Positions 7,034 to 10,778 of a DNA stretch of 10,778 nucleotides are shown here, piece by piece (within the stretch, counting starts at the first letter, position 1; the number at the start of each line of letters is the position of its first letter). Position numbers and translations under genes: made by a program. The DNA lies in NCBI GenBank assembly GCA_041288095.1, contig JBGGMJ010000035.1, positions 1-10,778 of the forward strand, read 5' to 3'. This DNA is from Myxococcota bacterium. Its GTDB lineage: Bacteria; Myxococcota; XYA12-FULL-58-9; JALHOP01. Under the pieces are notes generated by a model that was given only the letters and a program-made list of their open reading frames with translations, had not been told where the DNA came from and did not search any database.

Positions 7034-7984
7034 ATGCTCCGGCTCGCGATTTTCGTCTTGCTCGCTGCTCCGGCTTTCGACGTCACGAAGGACCAGCTCA
7101 TTGCACATCTGAACGCCGAAGATGCCCAAGCCATTTTCGCCATGTTCAGCGCCGATATGAAGAGAGCCGTCCCGATCGACAAGCTCGGGCCGCATGTGCA
7201 CGCGATCATCCAGCAGCGCGGCGCTATCAAGAAGGCGACACTTCTCTCCGCGGACGAGCGCACCGCCAAATACCGCCTCGAGGCGGAACGTGGCGATTGG
7301 CTCATGACTCTCGCCGTCGGGCCGTCGGGCAGCATCCTCGGCCTTTCGTTCGACGCGCCTCCAGCCGGCGAGCCTCCCGTGGCGCGCACCGCGATTCCAT
7401 TGAGCCTTCCTTTCAGGGGCAAGTGGCTGGTTTTCTGGGGAGGCGACTCGCTCGAGGTGAACCAGCACGCCAGGCATGCGAGTCAGCGTCGCGCCGCCGA
7501 CTTGGTGATGGTCGATGGTCGGAGCGCGACCTTCCGCAATGACGGACACAAGAATGAAGATTACCTGGCCTACGGACAAGAAATCTTGGCCGTGGCCGCC
7601 GGCAAGGTCATCACGTTGGTCGACGGCGTCCCCGACAACGTCCCGGGCGAAATGAATCCCTACATGGCGCCGGGCAACCTGATCATCATCGAGCACGGCC
7701 CAGGCATCTACTCGGCGTACGCCCATCTCGTTCCGCGCAGCGCGAGAGTCAAAGTCGGGGACAGGGTCGTGGGCGGCCAGGCGCTCGCGGCTTGCGGCAA
7801 CAGTGGCAACTCGTCCGAGCCGCATTTGCATTTCCAGATGCAAGACGGTCCGTTGTTCGAGAGGAGCTGGGGCATGACCGCGGTGTTCGGCAACACGCAG
7901 GTCGTCCGCGATGGCAAACTGCTGCCAAGCGCTCCATACGAGCTTCACAAGGGGGACCTTGTCCAACCAAGCAGCACGCGCTGA
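7034..7984 (+). CDS. Exported M23-family metallopeptidase with N-terminal DUF3887-like domain
   Basis: SD-like GAGGA at 7023-7027; short signal peptide; IFAMFSADMKRAVP (DUF3887-like); M23 motifs NQH...AADL, ILAVAAGKV, GNLIIIEH, YAHL, VKVGDRV, GNSGNSSEPHLHFQ (HLH at 7823-7831). Confidence 0.93.
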   Translation: MLRLAIFVLLAAPAFDVTKDQLIAHLNAEDAQAIFAMFSADMKRAVPIDKLGPHVHAIIQQRGAIKKATLLSADERTAKYRLEAERGDWLMTLAVGPSGSILGLSFDAPPAGEPPVARTAIPLSLPFRGKWLVFWGGDSLEVNQHARHASQRRAADLVMVDGRSATFRNDGHKNEDYLAYGQEILAVAAGKVITLVDGVPDNVPGEMNPYMAPGNLIIIEHGPGIYSAYAHLVPRSARVKVGDRVVGGQALAACGNSGNSSEPHLHFQMQDGPLFERSWGMTAVFGNTQVVRDGKLLPSAPYELHKGDLVQPSSTR

Positions 7985-8061
7985 TGCGGCGTTTCTCGCA
8001 ACGCTCATCGGCTTGCCACCGATACTAGGGCCAGAGCACCGGAAACTGGGACTTTGGTGCC

Positions 8062-8499
8062 TTGAGAAGCCGCATGGCGGCCAATGGTGGGGTTTGTTCC
8101 GTGCTCGATGCCCTAAGCGCGGCGACGCGACGCTGGTGGACCAAGACGACCGAGGACCAATTACTCCTCGAGGCCGAGGCGTTCGTGGTTTGGCAGAACC
8201 GACAGGCTGGGAACCTGGTGACCATCGACGTCCATGGACGCCCACTCGATGACGAGCGTCGCGCCCGCTATCCCAACGTTGACTCTCGCGAGCATGACGA
8301 TCGCTTGGAGGCCTACCAGCGCGCGGTGAATCTCTTGTCGCCGTCGGCGCGTGGGAAGTTCTGCAACTGGATGTTGCGGGTGGCTTTGCCTCTGTACGAA
8401 CGGGAAGTCGCCGCAAGGGCGAACCAGGGCGATCCTACCGCGGCCCCGCAGCAAGGCCGTCCGGCGACGCCCGGCAGCCGAGACGTCGGAATCGCCTGA
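8062..8499 (+). CDS. Hypothetical cytoplasmic protein (start uncertain; GTG 8101 plausible)
   Basis: GC3-biased codons and normal amino-acid composition from 8101 onward; fills the gap between flanking genes; no recognised motif. Confidence 0.6.
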   Translation: MRSRMAANGGVCSVLDALSAATRRWWTKTTEDQLLLEAEAFVVWQNRQAGNLVTIDVHGRPLDDERRARYPNVDSREHDDRLEAYQRAVNLLSPSARGKFCNWMLRVALPLYEREVAARANQGDPTAAPQQGRPATPGSRDVGIA

Positions 8500-8500
8500 C

Positions 8501-8545
8501 GCGCGACCGGCGGAAACCTAAGACCCGCCGATGCGCTTCGAAGCG
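8501..8545. terminator. Possible hairpins between convergent genes
   Basis: CGGCGG (8508-8513) pairs with CCGCCG (8525-8530), flanked by GCGC/GCGC; perfect 12-bp palindrome CGCTTCGAAGCG at 8534-8545; no U-tract. Confidence 0.3.
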
Positions 8546-8550
8546 TCCGC

Positions 8551-9438
8551 TCAGCGGTTGATCTTTCTGACAAGCTCTTCGACCAGACCGGGCACGCTCG
8601 ACAGAACGGAGTCTTCGCTGCCGGTGAGCGCGCGCGTCGCCCGGGCGAGGACGTCGGCGTTGCTCGAGCGAACGACGCTGAGGTTGATGCTGAAGGTCGC
8701 ACCCACCTTGCCTATATCGCCGTAGCACACGATGTCGGCGCCAAGAGCTCCACCTAGCTCCGCCATGCAGCTCATGGCGTCGCAGCCCAGCGCCTGCTTT
8801 TGTTTGTCGACGCCGAGCACGGTCTCGAGATCTTGCTGGCCTACGGTCTGTAGCAGCGCGACGTTGTCGAAGTGACCGAGCAGCGCGTCGGTCACAATTT
8901 TCGCTGTGTCGCCGGTAACGCCGGCCCGCGCCAGCAAGGGCAGCACCAGCATCTTAGTCTTGTGCTTGAGGGCGCTGGCAATCGCGGGGGCAGCGGTTGG
9001 GACGGCGGGCGGTGACTCCACCGCAGCCGGATCGCGCGTCACCTCCCAGGAGCCGCTATAGATCCCACGGAGCCACTCGCCGGTGATCTTGTCGCCGTCA
9101 AACGCGCCGTCGAACACCCTAACGCAATCGTCATCGGTTTGCTGCGAGCAGTCGCGGTTGATGACCACGCGATTGCCATCGACCCAGCCGGTCATGCGAT
9201 CGCGAACGTCGCTGCGAGCGTGCTCGCCGTGCCACTCGGAGGTGCCCGTCACGTCGTTGCCGACAAACTGTAAGCGCCAGATCGTCGACCAGGTCCCGCC
9301 GAGGTGCACCGTACCGCGGTAAGTGCCGTTCACCGCCGCGGGCGACGGCGGCCGCAGAACGGCCGGCCGCTCCACGGACGCCTGCGGGATGGCGCAGCCA
9401 AGAGTGAAGAGCACGAGGACACAGCGTCGTTGCCGCAT
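8551..9438 (-). CDS. Two-domain lipoprotein: beta-barrel-like N-domain, Pro/Ala linker, C-terminal alpha/beta domain of the TolB-N/CsgG-like type common in myxobacterial PEGA proteins
   Basis: ATG 9438 gives MRQRRCVLVLFTLG-C (lipobox). C-domain pattern LVLPL...QDLETVLG...QALGC-x3-CMAELGGALGAD...GDIGKVG...INLSVV. The ORF track start at 9522 is probably overextended. Confidence 0.8.
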   Translation of the reverse strand: MRQRRCVLVLFTLGCAIPQASVERPAVLRPPSPAAVNGTYRGTVHLGGTWSTIWRLQFVGNDVTGTSEWHGEHARSDVRDRMTGWVDGNRVVINRDCSQQTDDDCVRVFDGAFDGDKITGEWLRGIYSGSWEVTRDPAAVESPPAVPTAAPAIASALKHKTKMLVLPLLARAGVTGDTAKIVTDALLGHFDNVALLQTVGQQDLETVLGVDKQKQALGCDAMSCMAELGGALGADIVCYGDIGKVGATFSINLSVVRSSNADVLARATRALTGSEDSVLSSVPGLVEELVRKINR

Positions 9439-9590
9439 GGGCTCTTTTAGCTCATTCGGAAATCCAGACAACTGCGTCGCGGCCTCGGTCGTCAGCCGGC
9501 CTGCGCCGAGCCAAAGGATCACTCCGCTCCAAGGCAGCTCAACACCGATAACGAGGTTTCGGCGTCAAGCCGCTCAAGGAGTGCACTGCC

Positions 9591-9842
9591 ATGAAGAACG
9601 CAACGTTGTCGTCGTACGCCAGGCAAGTGGTGGCATCGGTCAAGGCCGCAGCCGCGCAAAATCGTCGCGGAATTGAAGACGGTGCAAGCGCCCATGACGG
9701 CGCGTTCTCCCTTACCTTTGCGGGATTCAACCGCAAGTCCGACGCCGAAGCGGCGGGCAAAGAGATCAAACGTCTCCGTAACTACGATGCCTATGTGGTT
9801 AACGAAGGGCATCGTGCGTGGGCCCTCGTGGTCAACCACTAG
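9591..9842 (+). CDS. Small basic protein with SPOR-like C-terminal motif
   Basis: Strong SD AAGGAG at 9576-9581, 9 nt before the ATG. FSLTFAGFNRKSDAEAAGKEIKRLRNYDAYVV resembles the SPOR beta-alpha-beta repeat. Confidence 0.72.
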   Translation: MKNATLSSYARQVVASVKAAAAQNRRGIEDGASAHDGAFSLTFAGFNRKSDAEAAGKEIKRLRNYDAYVVNEGHRAWALVVNH

Positions 9843-9844
9843 GA

Positions 9845-10777
9845 CTATTTCGCCTCGAGTCGAACATCAGTGGCGCGGCTATCGTCAGCGCCCTTGCCGG
9901 TGAGCGTCGCTCCGACGAGCGTCAGGGCGAAGCGGGTGTTGGCCGACTCGATGAGCTGGATGGTGCCGTCATGTTCCAAGCGACCGCGCAACGGGATGGT
10001 GGTGCGTCGCTTGTCGTGGAAATAGTGTCCGTTGAACGTGCCGTCACGGTTCGGTCGCTCGAGAACCGCTGTGACGGTGGCGGCGCCAATGGTGCCGCGC
10101 AACGCTTGGCCGAAAGGAGAGGTTGGTGGCGCGACGTCACCACCCCCGAGGAGGAGCGCCTTGCCGTAGCCGGTCGTCGGCATCTTCGCGTCGCCGTAGG
10201 CGAAGGTGAGGCTCACGTCGCCCACGTCATCGTAGGCGCGCGTCGCTTGCGAGCCGCAGCGCTCCGCCGTGACCGTGACGCTCTTTGCTGCAAAGGCAGC
10301 GGCTAGAGATTCGACCGGCGTATCGTACTTGGTCTCGGTCTTGAGGCACTCCTCGTTGAATGTCAGCTTGTTTCCCAGCTCGCTAAAGCGGTCCTCTTTG
10401 AAGCGTGCCAGTCGCCGCACTTGGTCGCGATAGCGGCGCATGCGCTCGGCCTTCATGCGTGTGGCGATGACTGTAAGGCCGGCTGGTGCGAAGACATCGA
10501 GAAGGTCGATCGATCGCCCAGTGCGGACGTCGAAGGTGAGGGTGTGGTGGACTGGCTCGCAGGTCGTCCCGCAGGTCTCGCCGTCGATGCTGAGCTCGAG
10601 CAACCGGTCATCGTTGCGAGCGATCGTGAACCCGAGCGTCTTGTACCACTTGGCGTCGCCTTCCTCGGTGAGTGTCGCCTCGCCAACGGGCGGCGCGGTG
10701 GAGAGGAGCGTCATGTAGAGCACAATATTGATGCGCTCGGCTGCCGCGCCCGCGCCGACGACGAACGGCAGCCTCAG
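9845..10777 (-). CDS. Partial (5' end beyond the window) probable exported protein, DUF4163/DUF3298 (PdaC/RsiV)-like N-part plus C-terminal beta domain
   Basis: The frame stays open upstream of 10723 to the edge (LRLPFVVGAGAAAERINIVLYMTLL...). Motifs P...AERIN, FTIARNDDRLLELSIDGETCGTTCE and TFDVRTGRSIDLLDVF fit this fold. C-terminal GTIG...GHYFHDK...IPLRG barrel-like domain. Confidence 0.75.
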   Translation of the reverse strand: MRLPFVVGAGAAAERINIVLYMTLLSTAPPVGEATLTEEGDAKWYKTLGFTIARNDDRLLELSIDGETCGTTCEPVHHTLTFDVRTGRSIDLLDVFAPAGLTVIATRMKAERMRRYRDQVRRLARFKEDRFSELGNKLTFNEECLKTETKYDTPVESLAAAFAAKSVTVTAERCGSQATRAYDDVGDVSLTFAYGDAKMPTTGYGKALLLGGGDVAPPTSPFGQALRGTIGAATVTAVLERPNRDGTFNGHYFHDKRRTTIPLRGRLEHDGTIQLIESANTRFALTLVGATLTGKGADDSRATDVRLEAK

Positions 10778-10778
10778 C

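Noticed and set aside
6944-8416. 490-aa minus-strand ORF
   Set aside because: Antisense shadow of the M23 gene and neighbours, typical of high-GC DNA; no motifs and Arg/Pro-rich composition.
9439-9522. N-terminal extension of the 8551 gene given in the ORF track
   Set aside because: It would bury a clear lipoprotein signal peptide that begins at ATG 9438.

Overview
GC-rich bacterial DNA (roughly 65% GC by eye). The protein types present (Cys-led C-terminal sorting tails, a CSLREA-like protein, a coiled-coil orphan kinase) point to a myxobacterium or related lineage (inference). From left to right: (1) a 5'-truncated DUF1861/GT108 mannosyltransferase-phosphorylase-like reading frame on the minus strand, missed by the ORF track; (2) a soluble orphan histidine kinase with an 11-residue-repeat N-terminus; (3) four co-oriented exported or surface proteins: a 786-aa Ig-domain lipoprotein with a 12-Cys tip, an M64 metallopeptidase with a MYXO-CTERM-like tail, a CSLREA/choice-of-anchor-Q beta-helix protein with a MYXO-CTERM-like tail, and a DUF3887-M23 peptidase; (4) a hypothetical protein, a two-domain lipoprotein, a small SPOR-like protein and a partial DUF4163/DUF3298-like protein. 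No RNA genes, CRISPR array or mobile element were seen. The most notable items are the hidden, decaying GT108-like gene, TANNNT boxes just upstream of three consecutive start codons that lack a Shine-Dalgarno (SD) site, and the surface protease/adhesin cluster. All family calls come from motif recognition by eye, not database searches.
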